Shown piece after piece: positions 36,926-46,381 of a stretch of 58,777 nt of DNA; position 1 is the first letter of the stretch, and the number at the start of each line of letters is the position of its first letter. This DNA is from a bacterium (lineage in GTDB: Bacteria; Zhuqueibacterota; Zhuqueibacteria; Oceanimicrobiales; Oceanimicrobiaceae). The stretch covers positions 1 through 58,777 of the forward strand of contig JBHHYI010000004.1 of the NCBI GenBank assembly GCA_046757525.1. Direction: 5' to 3'. The notes under the pieces are model-generated. The model was not told the origin of the DNA. It worked only from the letters and a program-made list of their open reading frames with translations, and searched no databases. The position numbers were made by a program, and so were the translations under genes.

Positions 36926-39310
36926 GTGAAAGTCACCTTTGATTGGCTCGAGTCGTACGTCAATTTCAATTACAGTCCCCAGGAACTGGTGGAAAGGTTG
37001 ACAATGTTGGGGTTAGAGGTGGATTCCGTAGAAAAGCAAGCCCGGAATTTTAACCGCATCGTCGTTGGCAAGGTTTTGCACAAAGAACGCCTTGACAATT
37101 CAAACCGGCTGTGGGCCTGCCAGGTCGACGTCGGCAACCAGCAGTTGTCAATCGTTTGTGGCGCCCCCAACGTTGAAACCGGACAGAAAGTGGCGGTGGC
37201 AACGGAAGGGGCAGTTTTAACCAATGCCCAAATGATTCAAAAAACCTCCATCCGAGGCTATGAGTCGCAAGGGATGCTCTGTTCAGCCGCCGAGCTGGGC
37301 ATTGCCAGCAAGAGCGACGCTATTCTGGTTCTTGATGATGCGGTGGTGGTTGGCAGCAATTTAAGCCAGGTCTTTGGCGCGGGTGAAACCATCATCGATA
37401 TCGACGTGACGCCCAATCGGCCCGATTGCTTGGGCGTGCTTGGCCTGGCCCGTGAAATTGCCGCTGTGGCTCAATCGGCTTTGCGCAAGCCTGAAGTTGC
37501 CATTGCAGAAGCAGGTCGTTCCATTAGTGACTTAATCACAATAGAAATTCACGACAAACAAAAGTGTCCTCGCTACACGGCTCGACACATAGGCAATGTG
37601 ACGATCATGCCGTCGCCTTTGTGGCTGATTCAGAAGCTTGAAGCGGTTGGCATTCGTTCGATCAACAACGTGGTGGATGTGACCAATTACGTCATGATGG
37701 AAACGGGTCAGCCATTGCACGCCTTTGATTATGATTTGCTGCGGGGACAAAAAATCGTCGTGAAAACGGCCCGGCCTGGAGACCAGTTCAAGACACTGGA
37801 CGAAAAGCAACACACCTTGAACGAAGAATGTTTGATGATTTGCGATGCAGAAAATGCAGTGGCAATCGGCGGCATTATGGGAGGCCTGAATTCTGAAGTT
37901 TCAGACGATACCAGGAACATATTGCTCGAGTGTGCTTACTTTAACCCCGTGAACATTCGTCGCACCTCAAAGCATTTGGAAATCACTACCGAGTCCTCCA
38001 AGCGTTTTGAACGGGGCACCGATCCTAACGGACTGATTTATGCCCTGGATCGTGCTGCCGCGCTCATTGCAGAGCTTTCAGGCGGTGTTGTGGCGCGAGG
38101 CATCATCGATGCCTATCCCGACGAAATCACGCCCCGGAGAATTACGCTGCGCCCGCAGCGAGTCCGGCAGTTGTTGGGTATCGACGTCAGTGCTGAAGCC
38201 GTGACCGATACCTTGTCCCGTCTGGAGTTTCAAGTAAAACAAAATCGGAACTTTGAAGTCGAGGTGCCAACATTCCGTCCGGACGTCTCGCGCGAAGCCG
38301 ATCTCATCGAAGAGATAGCGCGAGTTTACGGTTATGACAATATCCCTGCAGACACCCAAGCAGTCATTCAACAATTAGAATCGAAAGACGAGCTCGAAGC
38401 GTTTCATAGCACCGTCAGAGATATTCTGGTTTCTTCTGGCTTCTCAGAAGTTTTGACCTACTGCATGGTGAGTCAAAAAAACGCTGAGCTGTTCAGGCAA
38501 GGAAAAACGGCACTCAAATTGAAGAATCCGCTTAGCGAGGATTTTACCCATTTGCGGACAAGCCTGATTCCCGGCCTCTTGGATGTTGCGCGTTGGAATA
38601 TCAATCGTAAATCCACCAATCTAAGGTTTTTTGAAAAAGGCAACGTGTTCTCGTCAACTGTTGGTGGCAGCGAGTCGACAGTCGAAAATGCCTACTTAGC
38701 GGGCCTGATCACCGGCCATGCCGGCGAGGACACCTGGCTCAGCAAAGCAGAGGAGGTCAGTTTTTACCACCTCAAAGGGTTGGTTGAAACCTTCCTCAGC
38801 AGACTTGGTGCAGAAGATTGGTCCCTGGTGCCATGCCACGGTGACTTCACCGATGAGCAAACTTCAGGCATCTACATCGACCAAAACCGAATTGGTTTTT
38901 TGGGAAGACTAAATCAACGATTGCTGCAAAAATTCGAGATCGAGCAGTCAGTTTTTGTTTTTGAAATGGCTTTGGACCCGCTGCGCAAGAAAGTCAATTG
39001 GCGCCGGGTTTACACCCCCATACCCCGATATCCGGCTATCACAAGAGATCTGGCCTTGGTGATTGACGAGACCATCGATGCCAGAGAAATTTGCCACGCT
39101 ATCGAGAAGCGTGGCGGTGAAAACCTTAAAAGTGTGAACATATTTGACGTGTACACCGGTGAACAGGTTCCCGCAGGCCGCAAAAGCCTGGCGTTGAAAC
39201 TGAACTTCTATTCATTGGAGCGTACCCTTACTGAGGATGAAGTGGATGGACAAATCAAAACAGTACTTGAAGAACTAATCAAGAAATTTGATGCCCGACT
39301 CAGGGCGTAA
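36926..39310 (+). CDS. pheT: Phenylalanine--tRNA ligase beta subunit
   Basis: VCGAPN, TPNRPD, GQPLHAFD, RFERG, DLIEEIARVYGY. Confidence 0.98.
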   Translation: MKVTFDWLESYVNFNYSPQELVERLTMLGLEVDSVEKQARNFNRIVVGKVLHKERLDNSNRLWACQVDVGNQQLSIVCGAPNVETGQKVAVATEGAVLTNAQMIQKTSIRGYESQGMLCSAAELGIASKSDAILVLDDAVVVGSNLSQVFGAGETIIDIDVTPNRPDCLGVLGLAREIAAVAQSALRKPEVAIAEAGRSISDLITIEIHDKQKCPRYTARHIGNVTIMPSPLWLIQKLEAVGIRSINNVVDVTNYVMMETGQPLHAFDYDLLRGQKIVVKTARPGDQFKTLDEKQHTLNEECLMICDAENAVAIGGIMGGLNSEVSDDTRNILLECAYFNPVNIRRTSKHLEITTESSKRFERGTDPNGLIYALDRAAALIAELSGGVVARGIIDAYPDEITPRRITLRPQRVRQLLGIDVSAEAVTDTLSRLEFQVKQNRNFEVEVPTFRPDVSREADLIEEIARVYGYDNIPADTQAVIQQLESKDELEAFHSTVRDILVSSGFSEVLTYCMVSQKNAELFRQGKTALKLKNPLSEDFTHLRTSLIPGLLDVARWNINRKSTNLRFFEKGNVFSSTVGGSESTVENAYLAGLITGHAGEDTWLSKAEEVSFYHLKGLVETFLSRLGAEDWSLVPCHGDFTDEQTSGIYIDQNRIGFLGRLNQRLLQKFEIEQSVFVFEMALDPLRKKVNWRRVYTPIPRYPAITRDLALVIDETIDAREICHAIEKRGGENLKSVNIFDVYTGEQVPAGRKSLALKLNFYSLERTLTEDEVDGQIKTVLEELIKKFDARLRA

Positions 39311-39332
39311 ATTGAAAAGGAGAGCTATCTGT

Positions 39333-39614
39333 ATGGAGTTAGAACACTTGGAAATTCTCGAAGCTAAGATTACACAAGCCGTAGATTTAATCGAAAACCT
39401 GAAACGGGAGAATCAAGAGTTGAAGCATGCCACCCAGGAGCTTCACTCTGAAATCGAATCCAAAGAGGTGCTGATTCAGCAATTAAAGGAAGAGAATCAA
39501 AGGCTCCAGAACTTGAGTGCAGAGTCGTCGTTAAATAAAGATAAAGAGGAGCAAATTAAGAGTAAGGTCGAGAACATGTTATCTCGACTCGATGAATTAC
39601 AATTAAATCTATAA
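39333..39614 (+). CDS. ZapB-like coiled-coil cell division protein
   Basis: LEILEAKITQAVDLIENLKREN coiled coil between pheT and zapA; RBS aggag before ATG 39333. Confidence 0.7.
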   Translation: MELEHLEILEAKITQAVDLIENLKRENQELKHATQELHSEIESKEVLIQQLKEENQRLQNLSAESSLNKDKEEQIKSKVENMLSRLDELQLNL

Positions 39615-39706
39615 CATTACCGGTAGTTTAACACGCGTGCAAATAGAATAAGGCCTTGGAACACATTTTTCGACTATGTTCAATCCAAATGAGATAGTGG
39701 GAAACA

Positions 39707-40015
39707 ATGAATCAAGATAACAATGTACTAAAGATCAACATATATGGTACTGAGTATCCAATAAAGGGTGACGCGGAAACAAACAGGGAATACATTCAGA
39801 AAGTAGCCGAGTACGTCGACCAGAAAATGCGAGAAATCGACCAAAATACTCAGTCGAAATCCTCCCTTAAAGTCGCCATACTGGCCGCATTGAACATCAC
39901 GGACGAATTATTTCGCGAGAGAGAAGAAAAAGATTTGCTAAATGCCAATATTGGAGGAAAAATCAAGAATCTGTCTAATTTGTTAGACCACTATCTTAAA
40001 GACACTACTGACTAG
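39707..40015 (+). CDS. zapA: Cell division protein ZapA
   Basis: IYGTEY, VAEYVDQKM, AILAALNITDE. Confidence 0.92.
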   Translation: MNQDNNVLKINIYGTEYPIKGDAETNREYIQKVAEYVDQKMREIDQNTQSKSSLKVAILAALNITDELFREREEKDLLNANIGGKIKNLSNLLDHYLKDTTD

Positions 40016-40070
40016 TCCACACGGCGAACAATCGGTCGCTTCGATTTTTTGTTTCTAATATTCTACCATC

Positions 40071-40215
40071 GATAGTCCCTTCCGCACAAGGTCTTATTTC
40101 TTAAGGGCACAAATCCTGCCGGGAAGTTTACTGCAAATTCCGGGATATCCTTTAATTTTGCTCGGCAACAGGGGCAAAATTAAGGGTGAGGTCCTTATTT
40201 ACGGAGACAGCTATG
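40071..40215 (+). ncRNA. Possible 6S RNA-like rod (weak candidate)
   Basis: zapA-rny intergenic position; manual pairing gives an outer stem, an A-rich bubble and an inner stem; no clear 6S sequence motifs. Confidence 0.25.
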
Positions 40216-41778
40216 CTAACCATTTTGAGTATTGGAATTGTAATAGCGCTTTCTGCGGGGTTCTCTGTCGGCTGGTTTCTGAGACAACACATCGGTCAGG
40301 AAAGATTGGCCAAAGCAACACAAGTTGCTGATAAGATTATTGCAGACGCCAAAACTGAAAGCGAGGACTTAAGAAAAGAAAAGATATTAGAAGCAAAGGA
40401 TGAGATATTCAGGCTCAAACAAAAGCAGGATCGCGAAGCAAATTCGAAGCTGCAGGAGATTCAACGGCGTGAAAAACAACTCACACACCGAGAGCTGAAT
40501 CTGGATCGAAAGGTCGACGTTCTGAACAAGAAGGAATTTGAACTGAAGACCCGGACCAAGGAACTCAGCAGGCGCGAAGAGTTGGTAAACAAACGCGAAC
40601 ATGAACTGGAAAAGCTGATCAAGCAAGAAAATGAGCAATTGGAGCGCATATCGGGTTTGACCCATGAAGAGGCAAAGCGAATTCAGTTGAAGAATGTCAT
40701 CGAGGAGGCCAAGCAACAGGCGGCGGAAGACATACAAGACATCAAAGAGAACGCCAGGCAAACAGCGCACCGTGAAGCAAAGAACATTCTAATTCAGGCC
40801 TTGCAACGATGCTCCATTTGGCACGTGGTGGAATCCACCGTATCAGTGGTGCATTTGCCGGACGACGAAATGAAGGGCCGCATCATTGGGCGCGAGGGCA
40901 GAAACATTCGCAGCTTTGAAAGTGCTACCGGCATCGAAGTGCTGATCGACGACACGCCTCAATCGGTCATTCTGTCGGGCTTTGACCCTCTGCGCCGAGA
41001 AATCGCCAAACAGTCCATGGAAAAGCTCATTAGCGACGGCAGGATTCATCCCGGCCGTATTGAAGAGGTGGTCGCTAAGACCCGTGATGAGGTCGAGCAA
41101 AGGATTCTGGAGATAGGCGAGCAAACTTTGCACGAAGTCGGCGTTCACGGCGTTCATCAACAATTGGTGCGGCTGCTGGGGAAGCAACACTATCGGTTGC
41201 ACGGCGGACAAAATCTCCTGCAGCACTCCAAAGAAGTGGCCTTCGTTGCCGGAGAAATAGCGTCGCAGTTGGGACTGGACATCACCATTGCAAAGCGTGC
41301 TGGCTTACTGCATGAAATCGGGCAAACAGCCGAAGAATACAGCGACGCCTCTCCTTATCAAATCGGTTTAGAGTTAGCCAGGAAATTTGGCGAGGGACCT
41401 ATTGTACAAAATGCGATCGAAATGCAACTGGCTTCCAACCATGTCAATATCATTTCTTCCATATCGATCATTGTCGATATTGCGAATTCAATTTCCGTGT
41501 CGCGTCCAGGCGCTCAAAAGGAAATGCTGGACCATTACCTAACACGTATGCGTACGCTTGAAGAGATTGCCAAATCTTTCACCGGCGTCATGGCCTCCTA
41601 TGCGGTGCAAGCAGGGCGGGAGGTCCGTGTGATTGTGGAGCACAACATGGTTGATGACAGCCAGGCGCAAGTGCTTGCCGATGAAATAACCAAGAAGTTA
41701 GAAGCAGACCTTGATTTTCCTGGTCAGATCAAAGTGACCGTGATTAGAGAATTTAGAGCAATTGATTATGCCAAATGA
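40213..41778 (+). CDS. rny: Ribonuclease Y homolog with degenerate HD active site
   Basis: N-terminal TM helix, coiled coil, KH motif KGRIIGREGRNIR, DGRIHPGRIEE, QAGREVRV, FPGQIKVTVIRE; HD motif reads LLHEIGQ. Confidence 0.92.
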   Translation: MLTILSIGIVIALSAGFSVGWFLRQHIGQERLAKATQVADKIIADAKTESEDLRKEKILEAKDEIFRLKQKQDREANSKLQEIQRREKQLTHRELNLDRKVDVLNKKEFELKTRTKELSRREELVNKREHELEKLIKQENEQLERISGLTHEEAKRIQLKNVIEEAKQQAAEDIQDIKENARQTAHREAKNILIQALQRCSIWHVVESTVSVVHLPDDEMKGRIIGREGRNIRSFESATGIEVLIDDTPQSVILSGFDPLRREIAKQSMEKLISDGRIHPGRIEEVVAKTRDEVEQRILEIGEQTLHEVGVHGVHQQLVRLLGKQHYRLHGGQNLLQHSKEVAFVAGEIASQLGLDITIAKRAGLLHEIGQTAEEYSDASPYQIGLELARKFGEGPIVQNAIEMQLASNHVNIISSISIIVDIANSISVSRPGAQKEMLDHYLTRMRTLEEIAKSFTGVMASYAVQAGREVRVIVEHNMVDDSQAQVLADEITKKLEADLDFPGQIKVTVIREFRAIDYAK

Positions 41779-41787
41779 TTTTTTTGT

Positions 41788-41815
41788 TTGATTTTTTGCT
41801 ATTAAATCCTAAATT
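41788..41815 (+). promoter_or_regulatory. Candidate sigma70 promoter after rny
   Basis: TTGATT (41788-41793), 16 nt, TAAATT (41810-41815); same style as other promoters in this window. Confidence 0.45.
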
Positions 41816-41833
41816 TGTTTTGCTATCCCATTT

Positions 41834-42101
41834 GCGCTGGTGGTAGTAGTCCCAACCGGTTTTGGGTCGGGACATATCGAAGCCCGTCACCCTTCGATAC
41901 GGCCACCTGAACAGCGGTGACCTACGCGGGATGACTCGCACAGTTGTCATTCTGGAGGAATCTTGTTGGCTGGATGCACAGTCCTGACCAGTAACAAAAT
42001 GCCTCCTGCATGACAGGGCTGCCCTTGGCGTTTCCAGCATTTAAAGCAATCGGGTTGCACCGGATTGCGCGGGCTTCCAAGAAACGCTTCGGTCGTTTCT
42101 T
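41834..42101 (+). ncRNA. Unassigned multi-hairpin structured RNA (candidate)
   Basis: Five consecutive hairpins closed by gctgg/ccagc, two more hairpins after it; no credible ORF; strand inferred from the promoter. Confidence 0.55.
42079..42101 (+). terminator. Terminator-like hairpin before ymdB
   Basis: aagaaacg-cttcggt-cgtttctt; weak U tract. Confidence 0.35.
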
Positions 42102-42124
42102 CATGTAAAAGCACTTAAACCGTG

Positions 42125-42925
42125 ATGGCTGAATTGAGCAAAAAAGAGATAAAAGTTTTGTTTGTCGCCGACATCGTCGGGAAGCCAGGCTTAGAAATTT
42201 CCAGCAAGTTGATTCCGATCATCAAGGACAAGTACAAAATAGACTTTTGTATTGCCAACGGCGAGAATGGTTGCCAGGGGAAAGGGCTTACCCAGAAAAT
42301 TGCCAGACAGTACTTCAACCTTGGCATCGATCTGATCACCAGTGGCAATCACATCTGGGACAATCGAGACATTTATGATCTTCTGAAAAAAAACGAGCGA
42401 ATTATTCGCCCCTTGAATTACCCTGAAGGCAACTACGGCACTGGTTCGACCGTCGTCCAACTCGCAAACAAGTTGAGCGTCGGTGTGATCAATCTCCAGG
42501 GCCGCACCTTCATGTTCTCAATCGACTGTCCTTTCAGAAGGGGGCTGGATGAAGTCAAGAGATTGCGCAAGACGACGAAAATAATCATCGTGGATTTTCA
42601 CGCGGAGGCCACCGCAGAGAAAATGGCCATGGGGTGGTTCCTGGATGGCAAGGTGAGTGCGGTCATCGGCACGCACACCCATGTGCCCACGGCGGATGAA
42701 AGAATCTTACCGCAAGGCACGGCTTATCTTACTGATGCCGGAATGACCGGGCCATTCGATTCTGTGATTGGCTTACAGAAAGAGCTGGCCATCAAGCGAT
42801 TTTTGCACCAGACGCCTGTTCGTTACCGGCCTGCTGAAGATAATTTGAGGTTTTGCGCAGTGGTCATCTCCATTGATTGCGCAACCGGCCTGTCCACTCA
42901 CATCGAACGGCTGTTTTTGCCGTAA
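42125..42925 (+). CDS. ymdB: YmdB-family metallophosphoesterase
   Basis: DIVGKPG, NGEN, GNHIWD, DFHAEATAEK, GTHTHV, GMTGP. Confidence 0.95.
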   Translation: MAELSKKEIKVLFVADIVGKPGLEISSKLIPIIKDKYKIDFCIANGENGCQGKGLTQKIARQYFNLGIDLITSGNHIWDNRDIYDLLKKNERIIRPLNYPEGNYGTGSTVVQLANKLSVGVINLQGRTFMFSIDCPFRRGLDEVKRLRKTTKIIIVDFHAEATAEKMAMGWFLDGKVSAVIGTHTHVPTADERILPQGTAYLTDAGMTGPFDSVIGLQKELAIKRFLHQTPVRYRPAEDNLRFCAVVISIDCATGLSTHIERLFLP

Positions 42926-42938
42926 ACTAAAATTGGTC

Positions 42939-43835
42939 ATGGTAGCTCAAATAATCGATGGAAAGAAGATAGCCGAGGAAGTCAAAAACTCACTTCGCGT
43001 CAGGATCGGCCACTTGCAGGAAATGGGTGTGACGCCAGGGCTCACGGTTGTGCTTGTGGGTGAAAATCCGGCGTCGGAGATCTATGTGCGGATGAAAACA
43101 AGAGCCTGTGCGGACCTGGGCATTCATTCTCCTACGATTCGACTGCCTTCATCAACTTCCCAGGAGCAGTTGTTGGCGAGACTCAGCGGACTCAACCAGG
43201 ACGATTCTGTCCATGGCATTCTCGTGCAATTGCCCCTGCCTGAGCAAATCGATGAACAGGAGGTTATTCAGTCCATTGCGCCTGAAAAAGATGTGGATGG
43301 CTTTCATCCTGTCAACCGGGGGAAGCTGGTCATGGGAGAAGAGACTCTGGTTCCCTGCACTCCACTGGGAATTCGCGAAATGCTCGTTAGAAGCGGATTT
43401 GCACCCGATGGCAAGCATGTGGTCATCGTTGGGCGAAGCAAGATCGTGGGACTGCCGTTAGCCACCCTGCTGGTCCAGAAAAAACCGCATGCCAACGCAA
43501 CCGTGACCATCTGTCATACGGGTACCAAGGATTTGGCCGCCTACACCCGGCAAGCCGACATCTTGATCGCGGCCCTGGGCCGTCCAAAAGCGATTACGGC
43601 TGAAATGATCAAGCCGGGCGCCGTGGTTGTCGATGTGGGAGTGAATCGTGTCAGCGATCCCTCCAACGAAAAGGGATACAGAATCGTGGGCGATGTTGAA
43701 TTTGAAACTGCGGTTCACAAGGCCAAAGCGATCAGCCCGGTGCCAGGCGGTGTTGGCCCCATGACGATCGCTATGCTGCTACAAAACACAGTGGAAGCAG
43801 CGTTCCATTTAAGCGCCAGTAGCTCAATAGGATAG
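42939..43835 (+). CDS. folD: Bifunctional methylenetetrahydrofolate dehydrogenase/cyclohydrolase
   Basis: IIDGK, YVRMK, GILVQLPLP, KDVDGFHP, PCTP, PVPGGVGPMT; start taken at ATG 42939. Confidence 0.97.
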   Translation: MVAQIIDGKKIAEEVKNSLRVRIGHLQEMGVTPGLTVVLVGENPASEIYVRMKTRACADLGIHSPTIRLPSSTSQEQLLARLSGLNQDDSVHGILVQLPLPEQIDEQEVIQSIAPEKDVDGFHPVNRGKLVMGEETLVPCTPLGIREMLVRSGFAPDGKHVVIVGRSKIVGLPLATLLVQKKPHANATVTICHTGTKDLAAYTRQADILIAALGRPKAITAEMIKPGAVVVDVGVNRVSDPSNEKGYRIVGDVEFETAVHKAKAISPVPGGVGPMTIAMLLQNTVEAAFHLSASSSIG

Positions 43836-43886
43836 AGCGTCGGCCTCCGGAGCCGAAGGTTGGGGGTTCGAGACCCTCCTGGCGTA
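43813..43886 (+). tRNA. tRNA-Arg(CCG)
   Basis: Acceptor gcgccag/ctggcgt, anticodon arm tcggc-ct-CCG-ga-gccga, T loop ggttcgagacc. Confidence 0.95.
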
Positions 43887-43950
43887 CAAGTTTAGCACAT
43901 TCCTGCTCGAGGTATTCCTCAATTCTGCTCGATACTCTTAATCGACCGAC

Positions 43951-45444
43951 ATGCAATCTGATACCGTCCTGAAAATGCACCAAATTCGCAAAACCTTCCC
44001 GGGTGTGGTGGCATTAGATGGGGTGGAATTTGAACTCAAAAGGGGGGAAGTGCATGTCCTCCTTGGTGAGAATGGCGCAGGGAAATCCACCCTCATGAAG
44101 ATTTTGAGCGGTGCTTATCAAAAATCCAGTGGCGAAATCTTTTTGAATGGCCGGAACGTCAGCATAAGGAGTCCAAAGCATGCACGGGCTCTGGGCATTG
44201 CCACCATCTACCAGGAATACAATCTCATCCCGCATTTGTCTGTGGCCGAAAACATTTTCCTGGGTCGAGAACCCACCGTGCTTCCCGGCGTGATCGATCA
44301 AAAAACGATTGTTCGTCAGGCCCAGAGGGTTTTGAGAGAACTGGGCGTCAACGTTGGCATCAATCGACGTGTCCACGACTTGGGAGTGGCGCAACAGCAA
44401 ATGGTAGAAATCGCAAAAGCCATTTCCCAAAGGGCGCAAATCTTCATCATGGATGAACCCACAGCCGCCTTGACTGACCTCGAAATCGAAGGTCTTTTTA
44501 GCACTGTGAGGAAGTTGAAAAGGCAGGGTGTTTCCATTGTTTACATATCGCATCGAATCGAAGAGTTGTTTGAAATAGGCGACCGGGTCACCGTGCTGCG
44601 GGATGGGCAATATATCGGTACCCGTGACACACAAACGGTTAGCAAAAGCGAGTTGATTACCATGATGGTCAACCGAGAAATAACTGAACTATTCCCAAAG
44701 CAAAAGGCTGTTGTAAGCAAAGAGGTTCTGCGGGTCGAAGACCTAAATAAAAAGGGGGCGTTGTACCACATCTCTTTTTCTCTATTTCAGGGAGAAATCC
44801 TGGGCATTGCCGGTTTGCTGGGGTCCGGACGTACAGAATTGGCCAGAGCGATCTTTGGTGTCGACCCGATCGATTCCGGCACGATTTGGATTAAGAACTC
44901 CGAGGCCAGGCTCTGCTCGCCCAGGATCGCGATCAATGCAGGCATGGGCTTTCTCACTGAAGACCGAAGATCACAAGGTCTTATTGGCGTTCTGTCCGTT
45001 CAAGAGAACATTTGCCTGACCAGCCTTGGGCAGTTCAGCAGGTTTGGAATCGTCCGTCCTAAGGAAGCCTATGCAGCCGCCAACCAATTTGTCAAGGAGT
45101 TGCGCATCAAGACACCCAGTCTATACCAAAAAGTCATGTATCTGAGCGGCGGTAACCAACAAAAGGTCGTATTGAGCAAATGGCTTTGCAGTCAGGCGGA
45201 AATCTTTATTTTTGACGAGCCAACCCTGGGGATCGATGTTGGGGCCAAGGTAGAAATCTACAAACTAATGAACGACCTCACTGCTGCCGGGACCGCGATT
45301 GTGATGATATCGTCGGAATTACCAGAAATTCTGGGCATGAGCGACCGAATTTTGGTCATGAATGAGGGCAGAATCTCTGGCGAACTGACGGCTGCTGAAG
45401 CAACACAAGAAAAAATCTTGCACTATGCGTTGGAGCGCCATTAA
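43951..45444 (+). CDS. rbsA: Ribose-type sugar ABC transporter ATP-binding protein
   Basis: GENGAGKST, MDEPT, LSGGNQQKV; two ABC domains; substrate inferred. Confidence 0.88.
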   Translation: MQSDTVLKMHQIRKTFPGVVALDGVEFELKRGEVHVLLGENGAGKSTLMKILSGAYQKSSGEIFLNGRNVSIRSPKHARALGIATIYQEYNLIPHLSVAENIFLGREPTVLPGVIDQKTIVRQAQRVLRELGVNVGINRRVHDLGVAQQQMVEIAKAISQRAQIFIMDEPTAALTDLEIEGLFSTVRKLKRQGVSIVYISHRIEELFEIGDRVTVLRDGQYIGTRDTQTVSKSELITMMVNREITELFPKQKAVVSKEVLRVEDLNKKGALYHISFSLFQGEILGIAGLLGSGRTELARAIFGVDPIDSGTIWIKNSEARLCSPRIAINAGMGFLTEDRRSQGLIGVLSVQENICLTSLGQFSRFGIVRPKEAYAAANQFVKELRIKTPSLYQKVMYLSGGNQQKVVLSKWLCSQAEIFIFDEPTLGIDVGAKVEIYKLMNDLTAAGTAIVMISSELPEILGMSDRILVMNEGRISGELTAAEATQEKILHYALERH

Positions 45445-46381
45445 GAGGTTTTTAATCCATTACGCGAGGCAATTTGGAACACTGTTAGGGCTCGTGTTTC
45501 TATGTTTGGTTCTATGGATCTCAACCCCATACTTTCTCACCATCTCGAACTTGCTCAACGTGGCCCAACAGACTTCCATAAACGCCATCATTGCCGTTGG
45601 AATGTCCTTTGTGATCATTACCGCAGGAATCGATCTCTCAGTCGGTTCCCTGGTGGCGTTTTCAGGCGTGGTGTTAGCTTATTCGTTGCACGGGGGTACG
45701 CCGCTTCCGCTGGCCATAGTCTTAGGCCTGGCGGTGGGCCTATTGTGCGGCTTGGTCAATGGTTTGCTCATCACCTTGGGCAGTCTGCCGCCTTTCATTT
45801 CAACGTTAGGCATGATGAGCGTTGCACGAGGTGGGGCCTTATTGTTTACGCAAGGCCGACCTATTTCGGGTTTTTCCCGGAGTTTCCGGTTTCTGGCTAC
45901 TGGAGAGATATTGCACGTGCCTACACCGGTCGTCATCATGGGCGTGGTGTATTTGCTGGCACACTTTCTATTGAGTAGAACGAAGCTCGGCCGGTACACC
46001 TATGCCATTGGCGGCAATGAACAGGCGGCCATCTTGTCTGGTGTCAACGTGAAATTCCATAAGACCCTGGTGTATGGCTTGTGTGGTATGTTGAGTGGCC
46101 TGGCCGCCATTATTCTCACCGCACGCCTGAACTCGGCCCAACCCATTGCGGGCATCATGTATGAATTGGATGCCATTGCTGCGGCGGTCATCGGCGGCAC
46201 CAGCTTGATGGGCGGCGAAGGCACGATCTTCGGCACTCTGATCGGTGCCTTTATCATGGGCGTGCTGCGAAACGGGTTGAATTTGCTGGACGTTTCCTCG
46301 TTTATTCAGCAAATCGTAATCGGGGCCGTAATCATTGTGGCGGTATTGATTGACATGAAATTAAAGAAACAACACACGTGA
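45425..46381 (+). CDS. rbsC: Ribose-type sugar ABC transporter permease
   Basis: GIDLSVGS, LPPFISTLG, YAIGGNEQAA, YELDAIAAAVIGGTSL. Confidence 0.88.
   Translation: MRWSAIKRFLIHYARQFGTLLGLVFLCLVLWISTPYFLTISNLLNVAQQTSINAIIAVGMSFVIITAGIDLSVGSLVAFSGVVLAYSLHGGTPLPLAIVLGLAVGLLCGLVNGLLITLGSLPPFISTLGMMSVARGGALLFTQGRPISGFSRSFRFLATGEILHVPTPVVIMGVVYLLAHFLLSRTKLGRYTYAIGGNEQAAILSGVNVKFHKTLVYGLCGMLSGLAAIILTARLNSAQPIAGIMYELDAIAAAVIGGTSLMGGEGTIFGTLIGAFIMGVLRNGLNLLDVSSFIQQIVIGAVIIVAVLIDMKLKKQHT

Noticed and set aside
41834-42040. SRP RNA, 6S RNA, c-di-AMP, ZTP, glmS or lysine riboswitch
   Set aside because: Only short partial word matches (ggaggaa, ccacctgaacagcgg, gtcagg on the minus strand); required motifs are missing or in the wrong order
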